The notes below the pieces were generated by a model. It saw nothing but the letters and a program-made list of their open reading frames with translations. It did not search any database and was not told the origin of the DNA. DNA of 63,981 nucleotides, counting the filler, from Octopus bimaculoides (taxonomy: Eukaryota), in NCBI RefSeq assembly GCF_001194135.2. It is 5 parts of 5 records of this genome, joined end to end, with 100 filler letters (N's around TTAATTAATTAA, not from the genome) between each part and the next. Parts side by side here need not be neighbours in the genome. Positions count along the whole stretch, not along the records: positions 1 to 27,711 come from NC_068982.1; 4 more parts are not named here. One strand, written 5' to 3'. This document shows positions 1 through 14,485 of the stretch, piece after piece. Position 1 is the stretch's first letter. Each line of letters starts with the position of its first letter. The position numbers and the translations under genes are program-made.

Positions 1-27
1 TATATATATATATATATATATATATAT

Positions 28-408
28 TCTTTTAGTCCTTTATTTATTTTAGTCATTTGACTGTGGCCATACTGGAGTACCACCTTTAGTCAAACAAACT
101 ACCCAAGGACATATTCTTTGTAAGCCTAGTACTTATTTTATTGGTCTCTTTTGCCGAACCGCTAAGTTACAGGGATGTAAACACACCAACATCAGTTGTC
201 TAGTGATGGTGGGGAAACAAGCACAGACAGACAAACATATATATATATACATATATATACGACAGGCTTCTTTCAGTTTCCATCTACTAAATCCACTAAC
301 AAGTTTTTGATTGGCCCAAAGCTATAGTTGAAGACTTTTGCCCAAGGTACCACACACTGGGACTGAACCCAGAACTATGTGGTTGATACGCAAGCTTTTT
401 ACCACACA
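28..408 (-). mobile_element. tRNA-derived SINE, family A (central TA/TG microsatellite)
   Basis: Homologous to the copies at 15591, 16227, 46395 and 51760. Shared strings include gggactgaaccc...aaccatgtgg and gccgaaccgctaagttac. Confidence 0.85.
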
Positions 409-1214
409 TGATGATGATGATCCAAATTCATATTTACCACTAAACTTACCCCCTGCCCTTCACAATCCTTTGCCCGTACTCTCTCTTACACTCACTGTCT
501 TGTACTTTAAAAGTATGCCCTGACATCTTGTTACTAACATCTTTATCTCTCTTTTCCAGCTTATATAATGTTGAGCAGCTATGTAAAAGGGTAAAGAACC
601 CCTTCGGTCATGAATGACCATGGGATTGCACCTAGAAAGTTACCCTCTGAGGCACAAGTCTGGGCAAGGAAGAGGAGTCCACTATAAGTTCTTCAGATAC
701 TAATCATGACTGAATATGTAAAAATGGATTCTACAACTATAAAGATGACAGTATTTATGTAAAGTTATTCTCTACATATTTAATAATCCTTAATCCTTTC
801 TACTATAGGTATAAGGCCTGAAATTTTGAAAGCTAGGGGTAGTTGTTTACATTGACTCCAGTACACAACTGGTACTTAATTCACCAACCCTGAAAAGATG
901 AAAGGCAAAGTTGACTTCAGTGGAATTTGAACTCAGAGTGTAAAGACAGATGAAAGGCTGAGCATTGTGTCCAGCATGCTAACAACTCTGCCAGCTCACA
1001 ATCCCAAATATGAAGGAAGAATTTAGGAATAAAAGTACATTCCTTACAAACTGTTGTTATTGTTACTTTGATACTTGGAGAAATCCAGCATTGCTTACTT
1101 CTTACATCATTGTACATTAGTGACCTCTAGAGCTGAAGTGGTACAACTAACAATAAACTAAGTTGTCGATATCAGCTGGTTAGATACAATCCAAGGCAGT
1201 GTATTACAGATATT

Positions 1215-1510
1215 GGTGAAGGCCCATGGCTTAATGGTTAGGATATTCGGTTCATAATCGTAAGGTCAGGAGTTCAATTCCCAGTGGCGAGTTGTGTCTC
1301 TTGAGCAAGAAACTTTATTTCACATTGCTCCAGTTCATTCAGCTGGCATAAATGAGTTGTACCTGTAATTCAAAGAACCAGCCTTGACACATTTTGTGTA
1401 CATATGTCTGTGGAGTGCTCAGCCACTTGCATGTTAATTTCACAAGCAAGCTGTTCTGTTGATCAGATCAACTGGAACCCATGTCATTGTAACCAATGAA
1501 GTGCCAATGT
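1215..1510 (+). mobile_element. Older family B-like SINE (similar copies at about 47145-47400, 56580-56900 and 63090-63280)
   Basis: tRNA-like head tggcttaatggttagg...gagttcaattcc, then gtggagtgctcagccacttgcatgttaatttcacaagcaagctgttc. Confidence 0.7.
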
Positions 1511-3074
1511 TACAGGTACTTATTTTGCAATCCCTTGGAAGGTTGATAGGCAGAGCTGAACTGGGTAGGAGGCAGCTGTAGCTCAACAAAGTACCAGTCA
1601 TCTTTAAAACATAATACCTTGTCTGTGAGTCACAAGATGATGAGATCTAATCCCACGATTTCTTCTCATATGTCTTCTATGTCTTCGTCTCTGGTAATGG
1701 AAACAGGAATGAGGCCAGAAATAAACCATTCAACCAGAACATTAATCAATGTCTGGGATACTGGGTTTAACTCTTTACCTTTGACTTTCAAAGAGATTCT
1801 AGTCATAGAGTGGGACTAAGGTGCCCGACACATATCTACCAATTATTTTCTTTAACAATTACATAAAACACACACACACACACACTTGTGTACATGAGAA
1901 CAAGAGCAGCAATTACATAATTCATGTTTTGGGCACACAGCCAATTCCTATTATTAGTTATGGTAATCCAGAGTAGTAGAGAAAACAAAAAACCAAATTG
2001 AAGGACGACGACAACAACTTTTATTTGCCACAAGGGGCAAGGTATGAGGGGACATGACAAGGACAAAATATGAAGCTGGTGGAGTTTATGCAGAAGAGAT
2101 TATGGGGAGGAAAGAAAGAAAAAAAAAGAAACAAAAAAGCAAAAGTGTACAAAAGGAACAAATGAGGATGCCCTGAAGATGATGATGATGATGATGATGA
2201 TGATGACGACGATGATGACGATGATGATGATGGCAGTAATGATGATTTGTGTGTTTATCTTGATGTGTGAAGATGTTTTAGATGAAATACAAGAATCCAG
2301 GCATGAAGTGTTGATGTTACGGAGCGGGGGGTGGGGGCGGTCGGCTGAGATAGATAACAAATAACGGGGACGATTATATGATTATAACGATAATGATGAT
2401 GGGGGAGGAGTTGATGAAGGTGGAGGGAGGTGGGGTTTGATGGAAAGATGCAAAAGATGGGAGATGAAGTCTAGCTAGCAATGAACCATTCCTTGTTAAA
2501 AGAGTTCCAGAAGAAATAGCACATGGTTTCACCACCACCACCACCACCACTACCACAACTATATTCACTGCCCTGCCCCTAACCAAACAGAACTAAAGAG
2601 AGAGGGAGGGAGTAACAATATTTGTAGTTCAGTTAATACTATAATTACCTGATAGTGTTTGTCTGGTAGTGTATGGGGGTGGGGGTGAGGAGAAGGGGGG
2701 GTGACAACAGTGGCCACGGATAGTGGGGTGGCAGGTGTAATTTGAAGGTGGGATAGCATTCATCTTCCTCACCGTCTTCTCATCCTCTCCCCACCACAAT
2801 ACTGCTGTATGCTGATCATGAGGGGGACCTCTATGTGGTTACTCCATCTGCTAAAAATAATAACTTAAACTCCCTCATGTTGGATAATGTGATCTTGGGT
2901 TCCCTGCACTTGGTTAAAAGATGAGAAGGTCGCAGCTAGAATGTCTTTGATCATGGGTATGTTTGACCAGGGCTAACCTGGGGTTGAAAAAAACTGCTAC
3001 TACTCCAACAACAACTACTACTACTACTACTATCTTTACCTCCATCATCACTAACATTATTACATACAAAAATA

Positions 3075-3295
3075 AGGCGGTTGGCTGACAGAAGCATCAG
3101 CAGAATGGACAAAATGCTTAGCAGCATTTCATCAGTCTATACGTTCTGAGTTCAAATCCCACCAAAGTCGACTGACTTCATCTTTCATTCTTTTGAGGTT
3201 AAGAAAATGAGCACCAGTCAGGTACTGGAATCAATGTAATCGACTTCCCCATGCCCTCAAAAACTGCAGGCCCTGTGCCAAAATTTTCAAACCAT
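3075..3295 (+). mobile_element. tRNA-derived SINE, family D (also about 790-995, 11400-11580, 40935-41150, 57170-57360, 58480-58670 and tandem copies at 60170-60545)
   Basis: Recurrent aggcgg..agctggcagaa...aatgcttagc...gttctgagttcaaatc...gtcgactttgcctttcatcc...aagtaccagt. Confidence 0.75.
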
Positions 3296-3949
3296 CATTA
3301 CACACAACAACATCTACATCAGCATCATCAACTAAAACCCATTTCTGATCATTGTGTGTGTGTGTGTGTGTGCGTGTGTGTGTGTGAGGTGTGTGTGCAT
3401 GTATATGTGTGATACATGCGTATGTGTATGTACTCCGTAATGTACATGGTGATAATGATATATGTATGCAGTATGGGTATGTGATGGGCATATATCTGGG
3501 ATGCAATGTATATGCGTACATATATACACACACACACACACATAATATGTATATGATGTATGTGCATATGTTTATACATGAAACGTGTGTATATGAGGCA
3601 TGTGAGTGATGAGCGAGTGTGTACAGTGTGTGTATGTATTCCAAGCAGTAATAAGACAACATAAAACTTTTCCCATCGCCTCAACTCCTGTATATGAGCA
3701 AGTGTGTGTCTGTAAAGTATATGTGTGTAGATATGAGTATATAATGTATGTTTACAAGCATCGTTTCTATACACACCCAAAGCCACCTCCTTTACATTCA
3801 GCACATAACTAGTTACACATGTCTACAGTGGTGATGGTGGTGGTGGTGGTAATGAGGGATGGCTGAAGCGTGATACAAGTACAAAAATAAACAATACCTA
3901 AACCCCTATATATACACATATAGAATGCTCTGTCTCTCTCTCTCTCTCT

Positions 3950-3990
<41 letters not shown>

Positions 3991-4103
3991 GTATGGTAGA
4001 TGAGTTCAGCAAAAATTTAGATTCAGATGAATATGGTACCTAAGTTGAGGCACCAGAATTTAGTACGGTATTATCCATACAATTTCAAAGTAAGGTGATT
4101 AAA

Positions 4104-4360
4104 ATCAAAATGAGCAACAAGGATATCCAGAGGTAACACAGCACAATCGTTTCATGCAACTCCATTTAATTGAACAAGGTAATCATTAAATCAATTTAAA
4201 ATGCAGAGCAATCCTCAGCTGCACAAAGATTCTGTCTTTGTGCAGCTGAGGATTGCTCTGCGTTTTAAATTGATGTAATGATTACATTGTTCAATTAAAT
4301 GGAGTTGCATGAAACGATTGTACCGCATTACTGCTGGATATCCTTGTTGCTTATTTTGAT
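4104..4360. repeat. Long inverted repeat (about 126-bp arms, 5-nt loop)
   Basis: Centre gcagagcaatcctcagctgcacaaaga-ttctg-tctttgtgcagctgaggattgctctgc. The arms pair out to atcaaaatgagcaacaagg / ccttgttgcttattttgat with a few mismatches. Confidence 0.95.
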
Positions 4361-5272
4361 GTGTGTGCGTGTGTGTATGTGTGTGTGTGTGCGTGCGTGC
4401 GTGTGTGCGTGTATGTGTGTGTGTGTGTGTGTGTATTCTCTACATGCCACTAGTTAGCCTGAGGTTGATGGAAAGACATGAAAAAGAGAGGTATTTTTTA
4501 TTGTTGCTTTGAACCCAACTTTTTCAAGTCTGTCTCTAGTCTTTCAATGGCATTGTCTATTCGTTTCTTCATTTGAAAGTATTTTATAATTGCCATTTTT
4601 ATCTTGACATTATGCATGCAACTATAAACACTTTCTAAGTACATACTGAAAGAAACAAAAAAAAAAAACCAAAAAAAAACCCCATCATGTAGGTCTATTG
4701 CCAAATAAAGGGGTTACATCAGTGTAAGAAAATGTAAATGCTTCCAGTTAAGTGCTGGAGCATTTTGGATTGTATGTCATGCATTTTGTGGAAAGCAACA
4801 TGACTGGTTCTTTGGTTTCTAACAGGCCATTCACTAATTCATGCACATACGTACATACAAGCATACATACATACGCACATACATACATACATATATACGT
4901 GTACATGTATGCATACATGTATATAAATACATACATATGTGTACATATACATACATATATATAAATGAATATACATACATATATGTGTATATATATATGT
5001 ATATGTATGTATTTATATATATATATATGTATATATATATACAGGTATGTGTGTGTGTGTAAATATGTATACATACATGTGTGTGTGTGTGTGTTTGTGT
5101 GTGTATACATACATGCATGCACGTATATATATGTGTGTATGGATATATATGTATATGTACATACATATGCGTGTGTATATATATACAAACATATATATAT
5201 GTGTGTGTGTGTATGTATACATACATATATATACACACACACACATACACACAAATATATATGTATATGTGC

Positions 5273-5307
<35 letters not shown>

Positions 5308-5517
5308 NNNNNNNNNNNNNNNNNNNNNNNNNNNNNNNNNNNNNNNNNNNNNNNNNNNNNNNNNNNNNNNNNNNNNNNNNNNNNNNNNNNNNNNNNNNNN
5401 NNNNNNNNNNNNNNNNNNNNNNNNNNNNNNNNNNNNNNNNNNNNNNNNNNNNNNNNNNNNNNNNNNNNNNNNNNNNNNNNNNNNNNNNNNNNNNNNNNNN
5501 NNNNNNNNNNNNNNNNN

Positions 5518-5556
<39 letters not shown>

Positions 5557-6504
5557 CATATAGTTTATTGGGGCACTGTAATAACATGTTTTCAGATTAT
5601 ATATGTCAACATCTTCGCAACAAGACTAAATATATGTTTAGTAAACAAATGTTTTTGACTCGGGTTTTATAAATTTTATCGATGTACCTGTGCATTTATG
5701 TTGTAACTGAGCTGTCGGTGGCAGTGTTACTGATGCTGGTGGTGGTGGTGGTGGNNNNNNNNNNNNNNNNNNNNNNNNNNNNNNNNNNNNNNNNNNNNNN
5801 NNNNNNNNNNNNNNNNNNNNNNNNNNNNNNNNNNNNNNNNNNNNNNNNNNNNNNNNNNNNNNNNNNNNNNNNNNNNNNNNNNNNNNNNNNNNNNNNNNNN
5901 NNNNNNNNNNNNNNNNNNNNNNNNNNNNNNNNNNNNNNNNNNNNNNNNNNNNNNNNNNNNNNNNNNNNNNNNNNNNNNNNNNNNNNNNNNNNNNNNNNNN
6001 NNNNNNNNNNNNNNNNNNNNNNNNNNNNNNNNNNNNNNNNNNNNNNNNNNNNNNNNNNNNNNNNNNNNNNNNNNNNNNNNNNNNNNNNNNNNNNNNNNNN
6101 NNNNNNNNNNNNNNNNNNNNNNNNNNNNNNNNNNNNNNNNNNNNNNNNNNNNNNNNNNNNNNNNNNNNNNNNNNNNNNNNNNNNNNNNNNNNNNNTTTTT
6201 TTTTTTTTTTTTTTTTTTTTTGCTACAGGTTATGATAGAATGAACTAGAACACTAGCACAATCTTCTTAAAGAGGACAGAACCATTTCTTGGGAGTGCAG
6301 TCAAAATTGTTATTCAGGAACTGGGGACGAAATGGAAGGAGGATGTGGTGGTGGGGTGTGGGGTAACAGCTGCATCTTTACAGGCCTTTGTTTTTAAATT
6401 TTTGTGTCTTAAACAAAGTTTCACAAAATTTTTTATGTAATATGATGACAAACTCCTTGTTTTCCAGAATAACTATAATGACAATAACAATAACAATATT
6501 TATG

Positions 6505-6860
6505 TAGGCGTGTCTGAGTGGTAAGAAGTTTGCTACCTAACCACATGCTCCATGTTCAGTCCTACTGTGTGGCACCTTGGGCAAAGTGTTGGGCCGACCA
6601 AAGCCTTGTGAATGGATTTGATAGGCGGAAGCTGAAAGATGTCTGTCGTATGTATGTGTGTGTGTGTGTGCACATATGCATGCATGTGTGTTTGTGTCTG
6701 TTCGTCCTCCACTACCACTTGACAACCTGCATTAGTATGTTTATGTCCCTGTGACTTAGAAATTCAGCAAAAAAAAGACCAATAAAATAAGAACCAAGAT
6801 TTTTTTTAAATGTATTGGGAATCAATTCGTTCAGCTAATGGGTTTTCAAGGCAGAGCCCC
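6505..6860 (+). mobile_element. SINE family A copy
   Basis: gtggtaagaagtttgct...ggcaccttgggcaa...gaccaaagccttgtga, then a TG tract and the family 3' half. Confidence 0.8.
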
Positions 6861-7039
6861 AGCACAGCTGCAATCTAATGACAGAACACACTGCAATTGT
6901 TTTCATTCCAGCACATGATCTTAGATCAAGTCACTTGCTATGCAAGTACATCTCCGTAATATTACATTTTGAAATATTGAATAATAGACTTGGTATATAA
7001 CAGCTATGCATATAAATTATAAACAATAACATCATCATC

Positions 7040-7470
7040 ATCATCATCGTTTACCGTCCGCCTTCCATGCTGACATGGGTTGGACAGTTTAACTGAGGGC
7101 TGGCAAGCCAGAAGGCTGTACCAGGCTCCAATCTGATCTGGCAAGGTTTCTACAGCTGCCCTTCCTAACACCAACCATTCCAAGAGTGTAGTGAGTGCTT
7201 TTTTACGTGCCACCAGCACGAGGGCCAGTCAGGCAGTACTGGCATTGACCACACTCGAATGGTGCTTTTTACATGCCACCAGCACAGATGGCAGTCAAGC
7301 GGTACTGGTATCGGCCATGAAAATGATTTCACTTGACTTAACAGGTCTTCTCAAGCACAGTTCATTGCCCAGTGATTGAAGGGGACTCTGAAATGGGCCG
7401 GTTATGCTACACTGGCATAGGCCACAGTCACAGTCTCACTTGACTTGCCAGGTTTTCTCAAGTACTCAAA
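7040..7470 (-). mobile_element. SINE or short LINE derivative with RTE-like (GAT)n tail, family C (also about 8783-8920, 12355-12445, 17025-17230, 31270-31580, 33850-33990, 36558-36700, 38785-38860, 55190-55550 and 63335-63585)
   Basis: Recurrent catcatcatcgtttaacgtccgctttccatgctagcatgggttggac...ctggatgcccttcctaac. Confidence 0.8.
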
Positions 7471-9078
7471 CCTTAAGAATAATTGATAAGACATTGTCAA
7501 ATTTGAAGGTGTTTACATACATGCAATAAAGATGGTAACTAGAATTGTAGCATCCTGTAATGTCCTGACCTGGATATGCATATATATGCATATACACATG
7601 CTTGAACATTGTTGACTCTAGCTATGAGTGTCATTTGTTAATCTCATTATCTACTCACATGTATAAACATACATGTAAACTTACATACAGGCATAGAAAT
7701 CAATATACATGTGTGCTTCCCAACTATATGAAACTCGTTGGCAGGAAATAAGAACTTTTGATGCTAAAAAGAAATTTATAGCTGGCCGAGTTGTAGTTTG
7801 CAGAGTTATTGCAGTCAAACCTTCCAAAAGTTGTTGTTATGCAACGTAAGAATCTTTGGTGTACAGGAGAAAAATAATAGGAAACCTTGAAGTATACAAA
7901 AGTTCATAGAATGTAGGTTAATGATAGTTGCATCAACATATGCTGGGCTGGAGCGAATTGAAGATAAAGTACCAGTCCAAGAGAGAAGACAGATGTCTAC
8001 AAATAGGTAACTTAACCAGAAGGTAACTTAACTATCAGACTGGCATTGCCAAAGACTATTTTTAGATATAAAATGCAAAAACATTCTTTCACTGAAGTTC
8101 TTGAATGTAAGAGATACTGTGAAAGAAGCTATCCAATAAATCTGGTGCTGCAGAGCCAAATTGACAGGCAGTGAGAGGTGGTTATTGACCATTGTTTGTA
8201 TCAGCTTTGATGAGCTCACTTTGACAGTGGTAAGGCAATAGTTAGCCAAGGGACCAGACTATCACTTGTTCCATTGATTAAGTATAGATCTCTGTAGTTT
8301 TGAAGAATTTGGTAAAGATAGGATCTAGAGGTGGAATTTGGAGTGGATGTAAGACAAATACCATATGAATCAATGACCTTGTTGGGTTAGGGTGATCAAA
8401 GAGAAAGTATGGGTATATGTTTATATATGTGTATATATGAATAAGGCTATGAGCATGTATGCATGTATATGACGAGCATGTGTGAGTTTGTATGTATATA
8501 AATATGTGTGGGTATGTGTGTATTTGACAATGTACATGTATACACACAAACACATAGATACACTATATATTTACATATATATATATATANNNNNNNNNNN
8601 NNNNNNNNNNNNNNNNNNNNNNNNNNNNNNNNNNNNNNNNNNNNNNNNNNNNNNNNNNNNNNNNNNNNNNNNNNNNNNNNNNNNNNNNNNNNNNNNNNNN
8701 NNNNNNNNNNNNNNNNNNNNNNNNNNNNNNNNNNNNNNNNNNNNNNNNNNNNNNNNNNNNNNNNNNNNNNNNNNNNNNNNNNGAAGGGCATCCAGCTGTA
8801 GAAACTCTGCCAAATCAGACTGGAGCCTGGTGTTGCCATCCGGTTTCACCAGTCCTCAGTCAAATCGTCCAACCCATGCTAGCATGGAAAGCGGACGATG
8901 ATGATGATGATGATGATATATATATATATATATCACCAATGTATCATATATCTGGAGTTATATATATTACTGGACTATTACTACATATATTCATATATAT
9001 ATATATATACATACATATAGTCAGACCAATGCAAGCATAGAGAAGTAGACATTAAATTATGTTGACGATGATGACACT

Positions 9079-9121
<43 letters not shown>

Positions 9122-9529
9122 CTGTATGTGTGTGTAAGTATAAAACTATAAAGGCAAGAATCAAAGATGACGGATGGAGATGATGATGAAATCCGGAATG
9201 TATGTTTATCCAGTTTAACACAGAAGAGAGAGAAGAGGAAAGAGAGAATAGTGGAGGGTGTACGGAGACGTGATTTTAACCGGTGACATTGGAAGGTCAC
9301 CGAGTGTGTTAGTTACATGTCTGTCGTCAGTTGTCTCCCTTCAAGTCTACCAAGATATACACAGAGTACTAGTACACTTGCCACCACCACCACCACCACT
9401 ACCACTGCCTTCATCACCACCACTACCACATAGAATATCTGTGTTGCTAAGAAGAAGAAGAAGAAGAAATGTAGGTATATGTGTGCATGCTAATATATAT
9501 GTATATATGCAGGTAAACAGATAGATATG

Positions 9530-10150
9530 CCACTCACCTGCATTACACCTGACACTCACCTATATTACACCTNNNNNNNNNNNNNNNNNNNNNNNNNNNN
9601 NNNNNNNNNNNNNNNNNNNNNNNNNNNNNNNNNNNNNNNNNNNNNNNNNNNNNNNNNNNNNNNNNNNNNNNNNNNNNNNNNNNNNNNNNNNNNNNNNNNN
9701 NNNNNNNNNNNNNNNNNNNNNNNNNNNNNNNNNNNNNNNNNNNNNNNNNNNNNNNNNNNNNNNNNNNNNNNNNNNNNNNNNNNNNNNNNNNNNNCACATG
9801 TCACCTGAACTCTACATTACACCTGTCGCCTACATTCTGCTTTACATTACATCTGTCACATAAATTCTACATTACACCTGTCGCTTCCCTACATTACATC
9901 ACCAACATTACAACTGTCACAACATACATTACACATGTTGCTCACCTATATTACACCTGCTGCTCACCTACTTAACACCTGATGCACACCTACATTTCAC
10001 ATTACACTCATTACTCACCTACATTAATAACTGTCATCAACATTACACCTGTCACTTACCAGCATCACACCTACTCACTCACACTACACCCGTCATTAAC
10101 TTCCATTACACCTACTGCTCACATTTCACCTATCACTAACATTACATTCA
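9530..10150. repeat. Degenerate approximately 20-bp minisatellite (CACCTACATTACACCTGTC-like), interrupted by a gap
   Basis: Repeated cattacacctg / ctcacctacatt words. Confidence 0.8.
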
Positions 10151-10945
10151 CCTATCTATCACCTGCCACTGAACTAGATGCTAGTTTTAGTACAATTAGA
10201 CAGTCTACAGTCTACCCTGACAGCATGTCACTAACATTCTGAACTGTTTAGACCTCATTCTACATCCATTTTCTCAATACAACTTGGAAGAAATATTAAA
10301 CAGTGTGTGTTACATAGAACATTATACAGTTTTTACCAGGCCAAAAGCTGAAGACTACCTAATGTAATGTTATGTGACAGGTATCAAATTTTAATTTTCT
10401 CATTTCTCTTTTAGATATTGTGACAAAAATCAACATGGTACATTCCAATCTGACACAGGAAATGACAAAGCATGCCATGTTTGTGACTAGCAGCCAAGCC
10501 CAGTGACTTGGAGAAAATCAGTTGCTTGAATCTGGCTGTGTTCTTTGTGTCCAGGGCTGAAATAGAGCTGGAGGTCTCTGGTAAGGAAGGATGTCATCCA
10601 TGGCCAACAGAAATAAACATTCTTAGCAATCAGATTTTCCAGGACAGCCAGGGCAACATCAATGACAACCCCGACACATTGATATGAGCTATCAAGATGG
10701 CAGAGTCACCTATCAGATGTGTGGTACACAAAAAAGATCAGGGTCAATCCCTTGATGAGGTAAGAACAGTTTATGACTGGCAAAACACAGGATAACAATG
10801 TGGTCATATTACCCCCAACATCTTGTGACTGCTTAGCTTCTGTGGCAGCATCATGTAAGTAATGTATACATTTTCTACATGACTTACAGAAATAAATCCA
10901 TGCACTGTGAACTACTAGAAAAATAATACTTGTAACACTCTACAA

Positions 10946-11075
10946 CAGTGTTTCTCAACCTTTTGACCCTTGCGTAACCCTTAAAATAAATTACATGTCT
11001 CAAGGAACACCAGCACAAAAAAAATTATATACCATATCTTTCTCATATTTTTTCATTGTAGTTCACATGGTAAAT

Positions 11076-11111
<36 letters not shown>

Positions 11112-11219
11112 CACATATCGTGAAATTAGCATTAGCTTATCTCACTCTTTCTCACAGAACTCCTAAGAACCTTTTGCGGAACTTCAGGGTTCCCGGGGAA
11201 CCCCGGTTGAGAGACGCTG
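10946..11219. mobile_element. hAT-type MITE
   Basis: TIRs CAGTGTTTCTCAACC and (reverse complement) CAGCGTCTCTCAACC. 8-bp target duplication CTCTACAA/CTCTAAAA. Internal (TA)n. Confidence 0.85.
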
Positions 11220-12603
11220 CTCTAAAAGAATATAATGCTTTGTGGATTGCAAGAAATACAGAGTACATGTTTTGTGGACCATTAGAAATATACTACATGA
11301 TAGTCAGGACTATGAAACATAACTTGTGTAATCTTCAAATTACACTTCATTTAATATATATAACAGTCATCATGAGCTGTGAGAACCATTAGCACACTGA
11401 GCAAAAGGCTTAGCAGCATTTTCTTTATTTTTATGCTCTGAGTCCAAATTCTCTTGAGGTTGACTTAGCCTTGTATTCTTTCAGGGTTGATAAAATAAGT
11501 ACCAGTTGAGCACTGGAGTTAATCTAATCAACTTATTCCCTTCCCTGAAATTAATGGCCTTGTGCCAAAAATTGAAACCAGTCTCATAGTGTTACACACA
11601 CTAGAAAAGCAATCCCCCTAATATAATAAAAAGCATAGTGTTTTTTTGCGTGCGTGCGTGTCCAGAATCACGCCGGACGCGTAGGAGGAGAGAAAATAGT
11701 AATTCAGTGAAGGAGAAGTAGTGAGAGTAATAGCCCTAACTGAGAGGGAGAGAGAGAAATTAATAGCAATGAGAGAAAGGAAGGTGTGATAGATGAATAA
11801 GGAAGGGGTGAAAAAAAAATCAGCATTTCAACTCTGTGTGAGTATATGTGTGTATATGTGTGTGCATGTACAAGGGAAGTATGTAAATGTTTGTATGTGT
11901 GATTATTAAGTACCTTATCTTGTACCTTCTTTATATATAAAATACTACAATTGGCCGTCATTATTGACGGCACAGGGTCAGCTAGTAGGTATGTAATGAA
12001 GGATTTTTGGTGCTGCTACTGGGCTCTGTCTATCATCAAAGTACTTTTAAATGTCTAGCTTCACCTGGCTGTAAACAGAAGATGATACAGTGATACCAGT
12101 GTAAGTAGTGGTAGCATTGTTAAACTGATTGATGTTCGGATAACTTGAAGTTATAAGCTCATTTTGCTCTGGAGAGTATTACTTAGAAAGAGTGAGGTAA
12201 AAAGGGTGTTGATGTTTAGCCTAAGGTCATCCTTGATCAAGCCATTCATGATCAAAGGCATTCCAACTGTGACCATCCCATCTTTTATTCAGTTCTTCCA
12301 GGATTATATTATTTAGTGGGGGTTTTTTTGCATTTGAAGATGGTAGGATGTGATCATCATCATCATCATCATCATCGTCTAACGTCCGCTTTCCAAGCTA
12401 GCATGGGTTGGACGATTTGACTGAGGACTGGTGAACCAGATGGCTAAGGGAGATATAAGATCAGGCAACCAGGTACCCAAGTTGGCACATGAGTTAAAGG
12501 CAAGAAAAATTTAGTCGAATTATCAGTGCACTGTACTAAGGTTGATGTAATCAACTTCCACCTTTCCCCTTGAACTTGCTGGCCTTGTGCCAAAATTTGA
12601 AAC

Positions 12604-12639
<36 letters not shown>

Positions 12640-12818
12640 CATCATCATCATCATCAGCTGTGAGGTGCATACTCTATCTCCTCTCCTCTGTGACAGCTAC
12701 TGCTACTACTATTACAACTACTACTACTACTACTACTACTAATACTACCACCACCACTGCCGCCACCACTACTACTACAACCACCACCGCCGCCGCCACT
12801 ATTACTACCACCACCACC

Positions 12819-12853
<35 letters not shown>

Positions 12854-13356
12854 AACCATTACTACTACTGTTATCACAAGCCTACAATACCCTCAAAAGT
12901 TGCTAACACCCTTCTACAATAACCTCACAGCAGTACCATAGAACCACCTAACAACCATCACAGCACTCGTCTACAACCTCTCTCACTACCACTCACTGTC
13001 CTATCTAACAACACCTTTATTAAACAAAGCAAATAACAATACTAAACAGTAGACACACAGGGTGTATATAAGAGGCGAATATACATGTGCATGCATGTGT
13101 GTGTGTGTCAAACGTGTATACATAGCATAGAATGTGCGTGCGTGTATGTGCATCTGAGAAGTGGTTACATATATATATCTATATATATATATATATATAT
13201 ATACCCATCAACATACATGTGCTTTCATAAATGGAATATGCATGTTCATGTACACATTAGCATACTATAGAGTGTATATCCATGTGCCTGATGTGTGCAT
13301 GAGTATATGCACGTGCCTGATGTATACATATATATATATTAAACAATGATGATGAT

Positions 13357-13411
<55 letters not shown>

Positions 13412-13844
13412 TAAAAGATTTTAGTGTGTACTTTTGTATGGTGTATACTTACATTCACGCACGTCAACATACTATCGTGTATATTTCTTTGTGTATGTGT
13501 ATTGTGTGTGCGTGTATATGAAATGAGTACATATACACACACACACACCCACCCACACACACAGACTTGGTGTACTGTGTAACTGTGTGTGTAAGTATGT
13601 GTACAGATGTGAGTGTATGAAGTGTGCACACATACACACCTATAGTGTATGTTTGTGTGTATGTGTAAGAGTGTGGTGGAGTGCAGAGTTGACGCAGTCT
13701 GACAGTCACACACCCACACATGTAAGACGTGTGCGCGCGCGCAGTATAGCATGAGAGGGTGTTTGAAGTGAGCAAGATCTAGCAGACACACAGACAGACA
13801 GAGGCAGGGAAGAGAAGAGGGGTTGTGTTGACAAAGTCTGCTGG

Positions 13845-13915
<71 letters not shown>

Positions 13916-14232
13916 TAACTAACTGACAATCATACACAATCACACACATGTACACACACACATACACACACACAACATAATTACAAACACTCAAACACAG
14001 TCGGGCCTCATGCATACACACACATACAAAAAGTTATTGATAACCTTTATTCTTTTCTAACACACACATACATACACATTCACGCACATGTATGTGTGGC
14101 AGTATTGATGGTGGTACTGACAGTTATAGCAGTGGTGTACCATGATAGCAATAGCAGTATAGGCAGTAGTAGTGAGTGTATAGTGCCATCGTAGTAGGAA
14201 GAGTAGTGATATGTTGTTGTTGTTGTTTTTGT

Positions 14233-14287
<55 letters not shown>

Positions 14288-14443
14288 TATTGTAGTGATG
14301 TGGTGGTGGTAGTGGTGGCGGAAGAAGTCTGGATAGAAAACTGCAGCTAACTGTACAACCTCCTAAGTCTTCAAGGTACAACACAAACACAGGCATGCTT
14401 AAGCAGACAGACACACAGACAGACATATAGATAGATACACACG

Positions 14444-14485
<42 letters not shown>

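Noticed and set aside
2070-2760. Poly-Met/Asp/Val ORFs
   Set aside because: Trinucleotide (GAT, CAC) and purine-rich low complexity with stops in the plausible frames.
4748-5672. Long ORFs rich in CV/YI/HT or X (also 13.4, 25.3, 44.8, 45.9 and 50.4 kb)
   Set aside because: Produced by dinucleotide microsatellites and N gaps; no coding signal.
7780-8270. ORF 8028-8249 as the SGSM LAYCRHL exon
   Set aside because: No real motif match; it looks more like decayed LINE sequence.
10410-10860. Plus-strand segment after a strong acceptor, briefly resembling a Cys repeat (YCDKNQHGTFQSDTGNDKACHVCD)
   Set aside because: It stops immediately and all frames are broken; probably a decayed TE that I could not assign.
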